Assembly (NCBI GenBank): GCA_964549615.1
Contig: CAZJVP010000045.1
Location: 1-41,910, forward strand
Length of the DNA stretch: 41,910 nt
Direction: 5' to 3'
Source of the DNA: an uncultured Thermococci archaeon
GTDB lineage: Archaea; CAYQAE01; CAYVLA01
In this document: piece by piece, positions 9,039-18,214 of the stretch
How positions within the stretch are numbered: position 1 is the stretch's first letter
How the letters are laid out: each line of letters starts with the position of its first letter
Program-made: the position numbers and the translations under genes
The notes under the pieces: generated by a model
The model's input: only the letters and a program-made list of their open reading frames with translations
The model's database searches: none
What the model was told of the DNA's origin: nothing

Positions 9039-9719
9039 TTGAGCGGGCTGAAGCCTACCAGGTTTGAGGGAGTGTACTTCCACGTCGAGGATGACGGCGA
9101 ACGCCTAGCAACCCGGAATCTCACTCCCGGCGTGGCCATCCTGGGGGAGAAGCTCGTCAAACATGGGAAGGATGAATTCCGCCTGTGGTCGCCCTACCGA
9201 AGCAAACTCTCGGCCGCGATTCTGAAGGGCTTGGAGCGACTGCCGATCGGCGAGGGTTCGCTTGTGCTGTACTTGGGCGCGGCCTCAGGCACGACGGCCA
9301 GCTATATCTCCGATATAGTGGGAGAACGCGGAGCCGTATTCTGCGTCGAGTTCGCGCCCCGCCCTATGAAGGAGCTGCTAAGGGTGTGTGAGCTCAGGCA
9401 GAACATGGTTCCCCTCCTTGCGGATGCGCGCCGCCCTGAAAGCTACGCCCACCTGGTCACCGAGGTGGACTTCCTTTACCAGGACGTTGCCCAGCCCAAC
9501 CAAGGCGAGATCTTCTGCTCGAATGCCAGGGCATATCTTCGAGAAGGCGGTTCGGGGCTCTTGATGGTGAAGTCAAGAAGCGTGGACGTATCGAGAAAGC
9601 CGGAGGAGGTATTCCGAGAGGAGGTCGACCTTTTGTCACGGCGCGGCCTTCGGGTGGAGCAAACCGTGCTGCTCCAACCCTTCGATAAGGACCACATCGC
9701 GATCGCGGCGGGCCTGTAG
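9039..9719 (+). CDS. flpA: Fibrillarin-like rRNA/tRNA 2'-O-methyltransferase
   Basis: WSPYRSKLSAA, VLYLGAASGTT, VEFAPR, YQDVAQPNQ, PFDKDH. Confidence 0.96.
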   Translation: MSGLKPTRFEGVYFHVEDDGERLATRNLTPGVAILGEKLVKHGKDEFRLWSPYRSKLSAAILKGLERLPIGEGSLVLYLGAASGTTASYISDIVGERGAVFCVEFAPRPMKELLRVCELRQNMVPLLADARRPESYAHLVTEVDFLYQDVAQPNQGEIFCSNARAYLREGGSGLLMVKSRSVDVSRKPEEVFREEVDLLSRRGLRVEQTVLLQPFDKDHIAIAAGL

Positions 9720-9743
9720 CCATGGAATGACGCGTGGGATTCC

Positions 9744-11102
9744 TTGGTTTCGCTTAGGGACCTGAAGATGTCCGTAAGGAAGGGAAAAGCCTATCCGACC
9801 TTTTGCGACACGTCCACCCAGGTCGATCTCCTGAGGGCAAAGCAATACCTCGAAAGCAAACTGGGCAGGAGGGTTGCCGAGTTCGACGAGGATTCCCTGA
9901 GACGATGCTTCTCCGACCCGAAAGTTGCGCAGGCTGGTATCTCCACGCTGTACAGGTTCTACTCCTTCAGGAGCCGAACGCTGAACGAACTCCTCGGGGA
10001 TCAGGAGGCCGAACGCCTGGCGCGGGCCGGCATCACCAGCCCAATGGAACTTCGGTTCAAGTTTTTCGAGTTCCTATCATGCAGGCACTCGGGCTTCATG
10101 AGTTCGGAGTCCCGCGAGATGGTGCTTTGCGAGTTCGCGGAGGAGATCGGCCTTGGTGTGGACAAGCTGCAAGAAGCGCTCTGGCTGGACGAGGAGGACA
10201 GCAGGGTCCTGAGCAAGACGGTCGACGTGCCGACGGAGAGCCTTGGCGGGGTCCTGAACACGGAGATCCTCTCAGCGATGCTTTGCAGCTCCTACCTCAT
10301 GCGCCTAGGTCCGGTGAAGGAGGGTTCGTCGCTCAAGTTCATCTTCAGGAATCTCAAGTTCTATGGCCTGCTCTACAGCGTGGTGCGGACCGATGACGGC
10401 TTTACGTTCCAAGTCGACGGTCCGCTGGACATCGTCGGGAGGCCCCACAGGCTTGGCTACCGGATGGCCATCCTGCTGTACCGTTTGCGCCAACTCTCCC
10501 TCAGGAGGGAGTTTGATTGCGGCGTCTGCATCGAGTTCAGAAAAGGGAAGAGGAAGGTCGCGTTCGAGGGGACGATTTCTCGGATGCCCGATCTGGCTTG
10601 GCCGAACGTGGGAGATCTCAAGCTGGACCTTTTCGACAGCAAGGTCGAGGCCAAGGTGTACAGCACCTTCAGGGCTATGGACCTCGGCGGCTGGAGAATC
10701 GAGAGAGAACCACTGCCCTTCATTGCGGGGAGCACGGTGTTTATACCGGACTTCTCGATTGAACGGGAGGGGAACCGCGTATTCGTCGAGGTTGTGGGCT
10801 TCTGGATGCCTGAGTACAGGAAACGCAAGAAGGCAAAGCTCGAGGATGTCAGGAAGGCCGGGCTGGACAACATGATCCTTCTCGTCGACGAGAAGGTGGA
10901 GCAGGAATTCAGAGCCATCACGGACTTCCCGATCTTCGCCTATGAAAGGAAGGGTTCGTCGTACCGAATACCGTACTCCGCCATCCTTGAGCACCTGGAG
11001 GCAAGATTCCCCAGGAAGGAGCCAAGGCGGCCGGATAGCCCGACGCCGGCTCGGCCCACCTACGTCAGGCGAGGGGACGGGAAGTACAGGATCTTCTGGT
11101 AA
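9744..11102 (+). CDS. DUF790/Bax1-like PD-(D/E)xK endonuclease
   Basis: LKFYGLLY, DGPL...GYRMA, FDSKVE, WRIEREP, IPDF...FVEVVGFWMPEYRKRK. Confidence 0.8.
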   Translation: MVSLRDLKMSVRKGKAYPTFCDTSTQVDLLRAKQYLESKLGRRVAEFDEDSLRRCFSDPKVAQAGISTLYRFYSFRSRTLNELLGDQEAERLARAGITSPMELRFKFFEFLSCRHSGFMSSESREMVLCEFAEEIGLGVDKLQEALWLDEEDSRVLSKTVDVPTESLGGVLNTEILSAMLCSSYLMRLGPVKEGSSLKFIFRNLKFYGLLYSVVRTDDGFTFQVDGPLDIVGRPHRLGYRMAILLYRLRQLSLRREFDCGVCIEFRKGKRKVAFEGTISRMPDLAWPNVGDLKLDLFDSKVEAKVYSTFRAMDLGGWRIEREPLPFIAGSTVFIPDFSIEREGNRVFVEVVGFWMPEYRKRKKAKLEDVRKAGLDNMILLVDEKVEQEFRAITDFPIFAYERKGSSYRIPYSAILEHLEARFPRKEPRRPDSPTPARPTYVRRGDGKYRIFW

Positions 11103-11133
11103 GAAGGGATGCGTGCCGGCAACGGCGAGCTGC

Positions 11134-11820
11134 TTAGATGTAGGAGATGGCGAGAACCCTTATCTGGTCCGCCGTGTCCTCCGCGGAGTCCGCCACCTCC
11201 TCGAGTGCCTCGATGAGCCTATTGATGGACAAAAAGTTGGGCATGCTCGTTTCCAACTTGTTTCCAGCCAGCGTTATCATTTCAATGAGCTTCCTCCTGT
11301 CCCTGTCAACCCTGTCCTCGAACTCCGCGACCTTGTTCCCGTACTCGACCGCAAGATCTAGGTTGTAGGTGAGCTCCCTGATGGCCTTGGAAAGCTCCCT
11401 CACCGTGAGATAGGAGTTCGCGGCCATGCTCTTGAGGATGCCCTTCGCCTCCCCATCCAGACAGCCCACGTCGGCGATGACCGTCTCGAAGGCGCATTCC
11501 TCGGCATATCTGCCGATCTGCTCCAAATAGAAGAGTATCCTTAGGAGGTCCTCCCTGAACTTCGGCCTGAGATCGCCCACGGCGAAGGTCTTCATCATCT
11601 CCCGCGCTATGACGTCGGCCTTCCTCTCGCTCGAGAAGACTTCCTGCGAGGTTTTCTGGATCTCCTCCTTCTTCCCGTCGCAGAGGGCCTCCACGTTTTT
11701 CTTCACGCCTTCGACGCATTGGCATATGTGTTCGATGTGTTGGGAGAATCTCTCGACCGCCTCCTGGCCCTTCTTGACCCTCAGCAACGGGTAGAATCTC
11801 TCCGTTCCCATTCCGTGCAC
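11134..11820 (-). CDS. DUF47/PhoU-like phosphate transport regulator
   Basis: Duplicated helical repeats ERKADVI...REDLL and EDRVDR...LEEVADSAED. Start uncertain (GTG 11820 or ATG 11811). Confidence 0.8.
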   Translation of the reverse strand: MHGMGTERFYPLLRVKKGQEAVERFSQHIEHICQCVEGVKKNVEALCDGKKEEIQKTSQEVFSSERKADVIAREMMKTFAVGDLRPKFREDLLRILFYLEQIGRYAEECAFETVIADVGCLDGEAKGILKSMAANSYLTVRELSKAIRELTYNLDLAVEYGNKVAEFEDRVDRDRRKLIEMITLAGNKLETSMPNFLSINRLIEALEEVADSAEDTADQIRVLAISYI

Positions 11821-11932
11821 CCGATGAAATCCGGTCTATTGGATTTCCATATAAATTTGAGGTGGCGGCGACGCCAACGTCCAGAAGAGCGTCCGCGGGC
11901 AGGAAGCGTGCCAGCGAGCGATCCGTGGAGGC

Positions 11933-12439
11933 CTAAAGTGGCCTCGTCACCCTCCAAGTCGTCGCCTGGCTTCCCAAGAGATTGCCCTGAGCATCGTAGA
12001 CATCCACCGTGATCGGGAAGCTGTACTCGTTCTTGCCCCCGAACTGGTGTTCGTACACCACCGGTGTGTATGAAAACACGTACTCGGCTGTGTCACGCGC
12101 CGACAGATCCGCCGTGAAACTGTATACCCAGATGATCCGTCCAGGCTCCGTCTCCACCGTTTTGTTAAGCGGCTTCCCCATCACGTTGCCGACGAAGTAG
12201 ATGTTCTCGGGAACCTTGATCGAAACTCGCATGCCCTTCACGTCCTCGTTCATCTCGTTGTTGATCTGCACCGTCAACCCCTTTGGTGATGTGACATTAG
12301 GGTTCAGCTCATCGCTGCCTCTGATGTCCACCGTGACCTTGTCTGCGGGGAAAATACAACCTGCGATAATCAGGACTGCGGCAGAAGCGAGGAGAGCCAC
12401 CGCGAGGCGAACATTTCCGGCCACGCCACTAACCTCCAA
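11933..12439 (-). CDS. Hypothetical lipoprotein
   Basis: Hydrophobic signal ending in IAGC (lipobox-like), then a beta-rich region. TTTATAAT box upstream near 12463-12470. Confidence 0.6.
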   Translation of the reverse strand: MEVSGVAGNVRLAVALLASAAVLIIAGCIFPADKVTVDIRGSDELNPNVTSPKGLTVQINNEMNEDVKGMRVSIKVPENIYFVGNVMGKPLNKTVETEPGRIIWVYSFTADLSARDTAEYVFSYTPVVYEHQFGGKNEYSFPITVDVYDAQGNLLGSQATTWRVTRPL

Positions 12440-12505
12440 CGCGCCCGCTAGCCCCGATGCGCATTATAAATGTCTCGTAAAACCGGGACCGGCGGTGCGC
12501 CGTCC

Positions 12506-14455
12506 TCACCTCGCGGAGGGGGCCCGGGGGACCTCGATCGAGAATTCGGGTATGTACTCCTTTATCTTCCGAATCAGGCCCATCTTCTTCTCGCCAGTCA
12601 AGGCGTGAGCCAGAACCTCGTCGATGGTCCGAACAGGAACTATCTCTATCTTCTTCATCTTCGACTTCTCGAGCGTCACGTCACCCATGTTCGCAGCCGG
12701 GATGATCGCCTTCTTGATGCCAGCCTCTATGGCGGCCTCGATCTTCGGCCCGACGCCCCCCACGGGCATGACCTCGCCCCTGACCGACAGGGAGCCCGTC
12801 ATCGCCACCGTCTGATCAACCGGTATGCCTTCGATCGCGGATATGACCGCGGTCGCGACCGATATCGATGCGCTGTCCCCCTCGACGCCGGAGTATGCCT
12901 GAAGGAACTGGATGTGAAGATCGTACTTGCTGAGGTCGACGTTCGCGTACTTCTTGACGATGGCGCTGACGTTCTGGACCGCTTCATTTGCAATCTTGCC
13001 CAGCTTGCCGGTAGCTATGATGCTTCCTCCCTGCTTGCTCAAGGATGGGGTTGCCTCCGCTGCTATGGCGGTTATGATTCCGCTGTTACCGATCACCCCT
13101 AGGCCATTGACCTGACCGACCTTGGCACCCGTCGTCTTGACCACTTCATACTCCTTCTTGCTCTCAATGTACCTGTCGGCTATCTGCTCTTCAAGGGTCC
13201 TTGAGAGCTTCCTGGCCATGACCACGTGCCTTGCGTCAGTCTCCTTGGCACCTGATTTGAGCGCAATGTCGCCCGCAGCTCGAATTAGCCCACCTAGGTC
13301 CCTAAGCATGAGGGTGTAGTGGCCCTTCCTACTGGACCGGCGCTTGGCCTCCAGCAGTATCTCGTTGATGGCCCTGCGGTTGAAGTGCGGGATCCTCTTG
13401 TCGTTCGCAACTTCTTGCGCGATGAACCTTATCAGCTTCCTGGTGTTCTCCCTGGTGATCTTCATCGAATCCTTGACGTAAACCTCGTATCCGTAGCCCC
13501 TGATTCTCGACCTCAGGGCAGGGTGCATATGCCTTATCGTCTCGACGTTCCCCGCCGCGACGAGCACGTAGTCGCAGGGAACGGGCTCCGTCCTCACCAT
13601 GGCCCCGCTGCTCAACTCGCTCTGCCCCGTGATCGGGAACTTCTTCTCCTGCATCGACGTTAGAAGCTCCTGCTGGCTCTTTGGCGACAGGGTTCCAATC
13701 TCGTCCACGAAGAGAACGCCCTTGTGGGCCTTGTGGATCATCCCGCACTCGACCCTTTCGTGTGGCGGCGTTCCCAGCCCACCGCTCTGAAATGGGTCGT
13801 GCCGAACGTCGCCCAACAGGGCTCCTGCATGGGCGCCGGTCGCATCCACGAAGGGCGCGCACTTCCTTCCCTCGTTGTCAACCAATAGCTTGGGAACCAG
13901 CGCCTCCCTGCGTCTGATGCTCTGCGCAAGGATGAGCAGCAGCACCGCAGCAATGATTCCGGGAAGGAAGGATTGCTGGGCAATCGCCACCGCGATCACG
14001 ATCACGATCACGATGAAGACTATCATGTTCTTGAGTTCTTGGTCTTTCTTCGCCTTCTCCTTGTAGCTGTTCACCAGCCTCTTGCCCTCGCCGGCCGGAA
14101 ACACCCTCACGCGCGGGTTGTTCTCGTCGTCAGGGTTGGGAAAGACCACGACGTCCTCCAGTTCCTCGCTCGGCAGGAGCTCGGCCATCGCGCGCCCCAA
14201 CATCGACTTTCCCGTTCCCGGATCACCTATGAGGAGGACGTTCCTCTTCTGTTTTGCAGCGGTCTTGATGACCTCAACCGCCTCGTCCTGGCCGATTACC
14301 TGGTCGATTATCTTTTCAGGGATCTGGATCTCGGCGGTCGACTCGACCTGAAGGTAGTCTCGCTCCTGACTGCACCGCCCCTTGGACTCATCCGCAGACT
14401 TTGCATCCTTCCCCTTGTTTCCTGCAACGTCGCGGACCCTTGGCATGAGTCTCAC
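12506..14455 (-). CDS. lonB: Archaeal membrane-bound ATP-dependent protease LonB
   Basis: DQVIGQ, Walker A GDPGTGKS, two TM helices in the AAA domain, DVRHDPFQSGGLGTP, catalytic GDSAS and PVGGVGPK. Start may be ATG 14446. Confidence 0.96.
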   Translation of the reverse strand: MRLMPRVRDVAGNKGKDAKSADESKGRCSQERDYLQVESTAEIQIPEKIIDQVIGQDEAVEVIKTAAKQKRNVLLIGDPGTGKSMLGRAMAELLPSEELEDVVVFPNPDDENNPRVRVFPAGEGKRLVNSYKEKAKKDQELKNMIVFIVIVIVIAVAIAQQSFLPGIIAAVLLLILAQSIRRREALVPKLLVDNEGRKCAPFVDATGAHAGALLGDVRHDPFQSGGLGTPPHERVECGMIHKAHKGVLFVDEIGTLSPKSQQELLTSMQEKKFPITGQSELSSGAMVRTEPVPCDYVLVAAGNVETIRHMHPALRSRIRGYGYEVYVKDSMKITRENTRKLIRFIAQEVANDKRIPHFNRRAINEILLEAKRRSSRKGHYTLMLRDLGGLIRAAGDIALKSGAKETDARHVVMARKLSRTLEEQIADRYIESKKEYEVVKTTGAKVGQVNGLGVIGNSGIITAIAAEATPSLSKQGGSIIATGKLGKIANEAVQNVSAIVKKYANVDLSKYDLHIQFLQAYSGVEGDSASISVATAVISAIEGIPVDQTVAMTGSLSVRGEVMPVGGVGPKIEAAIEAGIKKAIIPAANMGDVTLEKSKMKKIEIVPVRTIDEVLAHALTGEKKMGLIRKIKEYIPEFSIEVPRAPSAR

Positions 14456-14520
14456 CCGCGATCCTCTTCCAGAAATAGCGCTGCCAAGAAGGCTACGACC
14501 TACAACTTGACCCTGAAAGT

Positions 14521-14530
14521 CTTATATAAA
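14521..14530. promoter_or_regulatory. TATA box (CTTATATAAA) in the divergent lonB/AK6 intergenic region
   Basis: Consensus archaeal TATA about 35 nt upstream of ATG 14564. Confidence 0.6.
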
Positions 14531-14563
14531 TGCTTTTTCGAGCTAGGTTCGATACCCTAGAAC

Positions 14564-15139
14564 ATGAAACCTCAAGAAGGCCGACGGGCCAGGCGGATAA
14601 CCTGCCTCACCGGAACCCCGGGCACTGGAAAATCCACGGTCGGAAAGATCCTCATGGCAAAGGGGATTCCGGTGATCGAGATAGAGGCCTTCGCTAGGAG
14701 TCGCGGAGTCTACTCCTACATCGAGGACGGCGAGACGCTCGTCATCGACGAATCCGAGCTCGACAGGGCATTGGAAGCATACCTGAAGGACAGACCGGAG
14801 GGCGTGCTGGTGGGCCATCTCTCCCACCACTACAGAAATGCGGACAACGTGGTCGTCCTGAGGACCGAACCATCTCGGCTGGAACGAAGGTTGAGACGAA
14901 AGGGCTGGCCCCAACAGAAGGTCTCGGAGAACGTGGAGGCCGAAGCGCTCGACATATGCCTGTGCGAGGCGCTGCAGATCCATGGAAAAAAGGTTAGCGA
15001 GATCGACACGACCGACATCCCACCTGCGAAGGTGGCGCAGATGGTTCTTGACGTTCACAGGAAGGGCGAGCGTTATCCTCCGGTAGCACGAGATTGGCTC
15101 CTTGATCACATTTTAAAAGAACTGAAGGGAAAAAGGTAG
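14564..15139 (+). CDS. Adenylate kinase 6 (Fap7/Hbr1-like) NTPase
   Basis: LTGTPGTGKST, LVGHLSH, VLRTEP...LERRLRRKGW...KVSENVEAE. Confidence 0.9.
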   Translation: MKPQEGRRARRITCLTGTPGTGKSTVGKILMAKGIPVIEIEAFARSRGVYSYIEDGETLVIDESELDRALEAYLKDRPEGVLVGHLSHHYRNADNVVVLRTEPSRLERRLRRKGWPQQKVSENVEAEALDICLCEALQIHGKKVSEIDTTDIPPAKVAQMVLDVHRKGERYPPVARDWLLDHILKELKGKR

Positions 15140-15142
15140 TAA

Positions 15143-16024
15143 GTGATGGGGATGGACATCCGTAGCGCCTTACTCATGGGTTGTATGGTAGGCTTACTGA
15201 TGTTCGTCGGTTACCTCGTCGGAGGGGGCAGCCCGGAGATAGTGCTGCTGTTCTTCCTGATGGCATTGGCGATCAACCTGATCACGTACTGGTACAGCGA
15301 TAAGTTCGTGCTGGCCATGTATCGGGCCAGAGTCCTAGCAGAAGGGGAGAACCTGCCGCTGCAGAACATGGTCTCCCAGCTGGCAGCGCGCGCTGGCATT
15401 CCGAAGCCAAAGGTAGCCGTGATTCCAAGCAATGTGCCTAATGCGTTCGCTACCGGAAGGAGCCCATCGTCGTCCGCCGTCGCAGTGACCACGGGCGCCT
15501 TGGACCTTCTGCCCGAGAAGGAGCTCGAGGGCGTCCTAGCGCACGAGATCTCTCACATAAAGAACCGTGACACCTTGATCATGGTCTTGGCAGCGGCCAT
15601 CGCGGGTGCGATAGGGTACATGGCCTTCTGGGCCAGATGGAACCTCCTCATGGGAGGAAGCCGCCGGAGGGACCAGGGCGGATCGAGCCTTCTGGCGATG
15701 CTGCTCGTCGCGGTGCTCGTACCGTTGGCCGCTTTGATCATCCGTCTTGCGATATCGAGGGGCCGCGAGTACGGCGCGGATCGAGGCGGCGCGAAGATCT
15801 CGGGACGGCCTGGAGAGCTGGCAAATGCTCTGGAGAGGATCGAGGGCTACGTCCGGAACAGGCCGGTGTCCGGCGGAAACCCTGCGACTGCGCACCTCTT
15901 CATAGTGAACCCCTTCAGGGGAGACGTCCTCATCAACCTCTTCTCGACCCATCCCCCTACCAAGGAGAGGGTGAGGAGGCTCAGGGAGCTTGAGGCGAAT
16001 CAGAGCATAGGAAGGATCTACTAG
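15143..16024 (+). CDS. htpX: Zinc metalloprotease HtpX (M48)
   Basis: PNAFATGR, LAHEISH (HExxH), SRGREYGAD, FSTHPP, with TM helices. Confidence 0.95.
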   Translation: MMGMDIRSALLMGCMVGLLMFVGYLVGGGSPEIVLLFFLMALAINLITYWYSDKFVLAMYRARVLAEGENLPLQNMVSQLAARAGIPKPKVAVIPSNVPNAFATGRSPSSSAVAVTTGALDLLPEKELEGVLAHEISHIKNRDTLIMVLAAAIAGAIGYMAFWARWNLLMGGSRRRDQGGSSLLAMLLVAVLVPLAALIIRLAISRGREYGADRGGAKISGRPGELANALERIEGYVRNRPVSGGNPATAHLFIVNPFRGDVLINLFSTHPPTKERVRRLRELEANQSIGRIY

Positions 16025-16047
16025 TCGGCCCGAGCGAGAGGTGTTGG

Positions 16048-16899
16048 ATGAAGCGAGTCTTCGCCGCCTTCAGGGACCTTGGTCAGGAGGATTTCAGGGC
16101 CCTCGCATCCGTGGAAGCGGGCCTAAGGAGAAGGGAATTCGTTCCGAAGGAAGATCTGCTCAAGTATCTTAGGTCCGACCTCCCCGATCTTGACTACCGA
16201 TTGGCGCGGCTCGACAGGCTCTCGATGATCCAATCGCGCGGAACGCCGTACAAAGGCTACAGATTGCTGCCGAGGGCCTACGACTTCCTGGCCCTGAACG
16301 TCCTGGTGCAGAGGGAGAGGATCGAAAGCATAGGTGACAAGATCGCCGTTGGCAAGGAGTCTGAGATCTACGAGGCGCTTGGAACCGGTGGGCAGAGGTT
16401 TGTGATCAAGTTCCACCGCCTCGGGATGACGTCATTCCACAGGGCAGCAAACGTCAGGGGGTACATCGGCGACAGGCGCCACATCTCTTGGATATACGCC
16501 GCCCGCCTGGCAGCCGAGAGGGAATATGAAGCTCTCACTAGGCTGGCGGGCCAGGTGCCCGTTCCAAAGCCAATCGACCATAACCGCAACGCCGTGCTCA
16601 TGGAGAGGTTCGACGGAGCAGAGCTCGCCCAGTCCGAAGTTGCGCGGCCTCACAAACTCCTCGAGGCCATACTTTCCAGCGCGCGGAGGTCCCGCGAGAT
16701 CGGCATCATCCACGGAGACCTGAGCGAGTACAATGTGTTGGTCAACGAGGACGGCTTCGTCGTAATCGACTGGCCGCAGTGGGTCGATGCATCTCATCCC
16801 CAGGCAGAAGCCCTTTTCCAAAGGGACCTATCAAACATCCTCAAGTTCTTCGAAAAGAAGTATGGAATCAGGGCCCGAGCAACAAAGTGGGGAGCATAG
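16048..16899 (+). CDS. rio2: RIO2-family serine/threonine kinase
   Basis: N-terminal winged-helix region, GKESEIY, KFHRLG, HGDLSEYN, IDWPQ. Confidence 0.93.
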   Translation: MKRVFAAFRDLGQEDFRALASVEAGLRRREFVPKEDLLKYLRSDLPDLDYRLARLDRLSMIQSRGTPYKGYRLLPRAYDFLALNVLVQRERIESIGDKIAVGKESEIYEALGTGGQRFVIKFHRLGMTSFHRAANVRGYIGDRRHISWIYAARLAAEREYEALTRLAGQVPVPKPIDHNRNAVLMERFDGAELAQSEVARPHKLLEAILSSARRSREIGIIHGDLSEYNVLVNEDGFVVIDWPQWVDASHPQAEALFQRDLSNILKFFEKKYGIRARATKWGA

Positions 16900-16902
16900 C
16901 TG

Positions 16903-18198
16903 TTGGCGGAGAAGAGACATCTCATCGTGGGGATCGATCCAGGGACCACCACGGGCATCGCTCTGCTGGGCCTTGACGGCAAGGTCCACGGGGTGTACAG
17001 CTCGCGGACCTTCACCCTTAAGGACGTGATCCATCTGATCATCGGGAATGGATATCCCGTGGTGGTGGCAACCGACGTCTTCCCCGTCCCCGAATTCGTG
17101 GAGAAGGTCAGCCGCCTTTTCGAGGCGGTCCTGCACCAACCCACACATTCCCTTACCGTTGAGGAAAAAAGAGAGATAACCAATTCCTTTGCCGAGAAGT
17201 TCTCCACCGACCTCTTCTTCAGGAACTCTCACGAGAAGGACGCCTTCGCCGCTGCCGCGAAGGCCCTCGAAAGCTACGGCGAGAAGTTCAGATGGATCGA
17301 CAGGAAACTCGACGAGATGGGCCTCAGCGAGATCTCCGAGCAGGTCAAGACGATGGTCATCATGGGAAGAAGCCTCAGCGACTCGGTTAGACAGATCCTC
17401 GAGACGAGAAGGAGGCCACCTGCGAAGAAGGCGGAGGCGGCACGACCGAAACCGCCAGGACCCGCCAAGCCCGAGGCAGTCGAATCCAAACTCAGGATGA
17501 GCCACAGGATCGAGAGCTCGATGATCAAGAACATGCAAGCCGAGATCATCGAGCTGAACACCAAGCTCAAGGAAAGAGAACTCAAGATGGAGTCCCTGAG
17601 GAACGAGCTGGAAAGGGCGCGTTCCGCCATGCTTCGCGACATCGTGAGGAGCAACGAGATCAGCTCCCGAAACCAGATGATCCTGGAACTCAAGAGAAGT
17701 CTGTCCAGGGTCGCTGCCGACAGGGACAGGCTGCGAGAGAAGCTGGAGGCGCTTTCGGGATCAAGCCTGTGGAAGCTGGCAGACAAGCTGGAGACCATAC
17801 CGATCGTGGGCGACCTCTCCAAAGACACCGTCGCGCGACTGGCTGGCGATCGTGCAAAGCGTAGCAGGTTCGTACTGGTTCGAGACCCGTCGGGGACCGG
17901 GCAATCCGTGTCGAGGACGCTTTCGGAGATGAAGGTGGAGGCGATCTTCACGGACGGCGCCATGCCCGCGCCGGCACGCGACGGACTGGAATCCATCGGC
18001 ATACCGGTGATCGCGCGCAAGAAACTGGAGATGATAGTTCTCGAGGACACCGCCCTGGCGAGCAGGGAGGCGCTCGACCGGCTTATCTCGGCGGAACGCA
18101 GGAGGCTCGCCAAGGCCGCCGTCAGCAAGGCAATGTCCGGCCTGGAAAGGTTGGTCGACGGATACAGGAAGGAGCTCGAATCGGAGAAGCCGCGCTGA
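16903..18198 (+). CDS. DUF460 protein (RNase H-like N-terminus plus coiled coil)
   Basis: IVGIDPGTTTG, PVVVATDV.P.P..VEK, NSHEKDA, long heptad-rich region. Confidence 0.85.
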   Translation: MAEKRHLIVGIDPGTTTGIALLGLDGKVHGVYSSRTFTLKDVIHLIIGNGYPVVVATDVFPVPEFVEKVSRLFEAVLHQPTHSLTVEEKREITNSFAEKFSTDLFFRNSHEKDAFAAAAKALESYGEKFRWIDRKLDEMGLSEISEQVKTMVIMGRSLSDSVRQILETRRRPPAKKAEAARPKPPGPAKPEAVESKLRMSHRIESSMIKNMQAEIIELNTKLKERELKMESLRNELERARSAMLRDIVRSNEISSRNQMILELKRSLSRVAADRDRLREKLEALSGSSLWKLADKLETIPIVGDLSKDTVARLAGDRAKRSRFVLVRDPSGTGQSVSRTLSEMKVEAIFTDGAMPAPARDGLESIGIPVIARKKLEMIVLEDTALASREALDRLISAERRRLAKAAVSKAMSGLERLVDGYRKELESEKPR

Positions 18199-18214
18199 GC
18201 GCACCTGCCTAGAC

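Noticed and set aside
7949-11102. Mut7-C and DUF790 nucleases as a defence or toxin-antitoxin island
   Set aside because: They are embedded in a housekeeping run with no antitoxin, mobility gene or visible compositional shift.
13993-14015. GATCAC tandem repeat
   Set aside because: Encodes the IVIVIVI transmembrane segment of LonB; not a separate repeat element.
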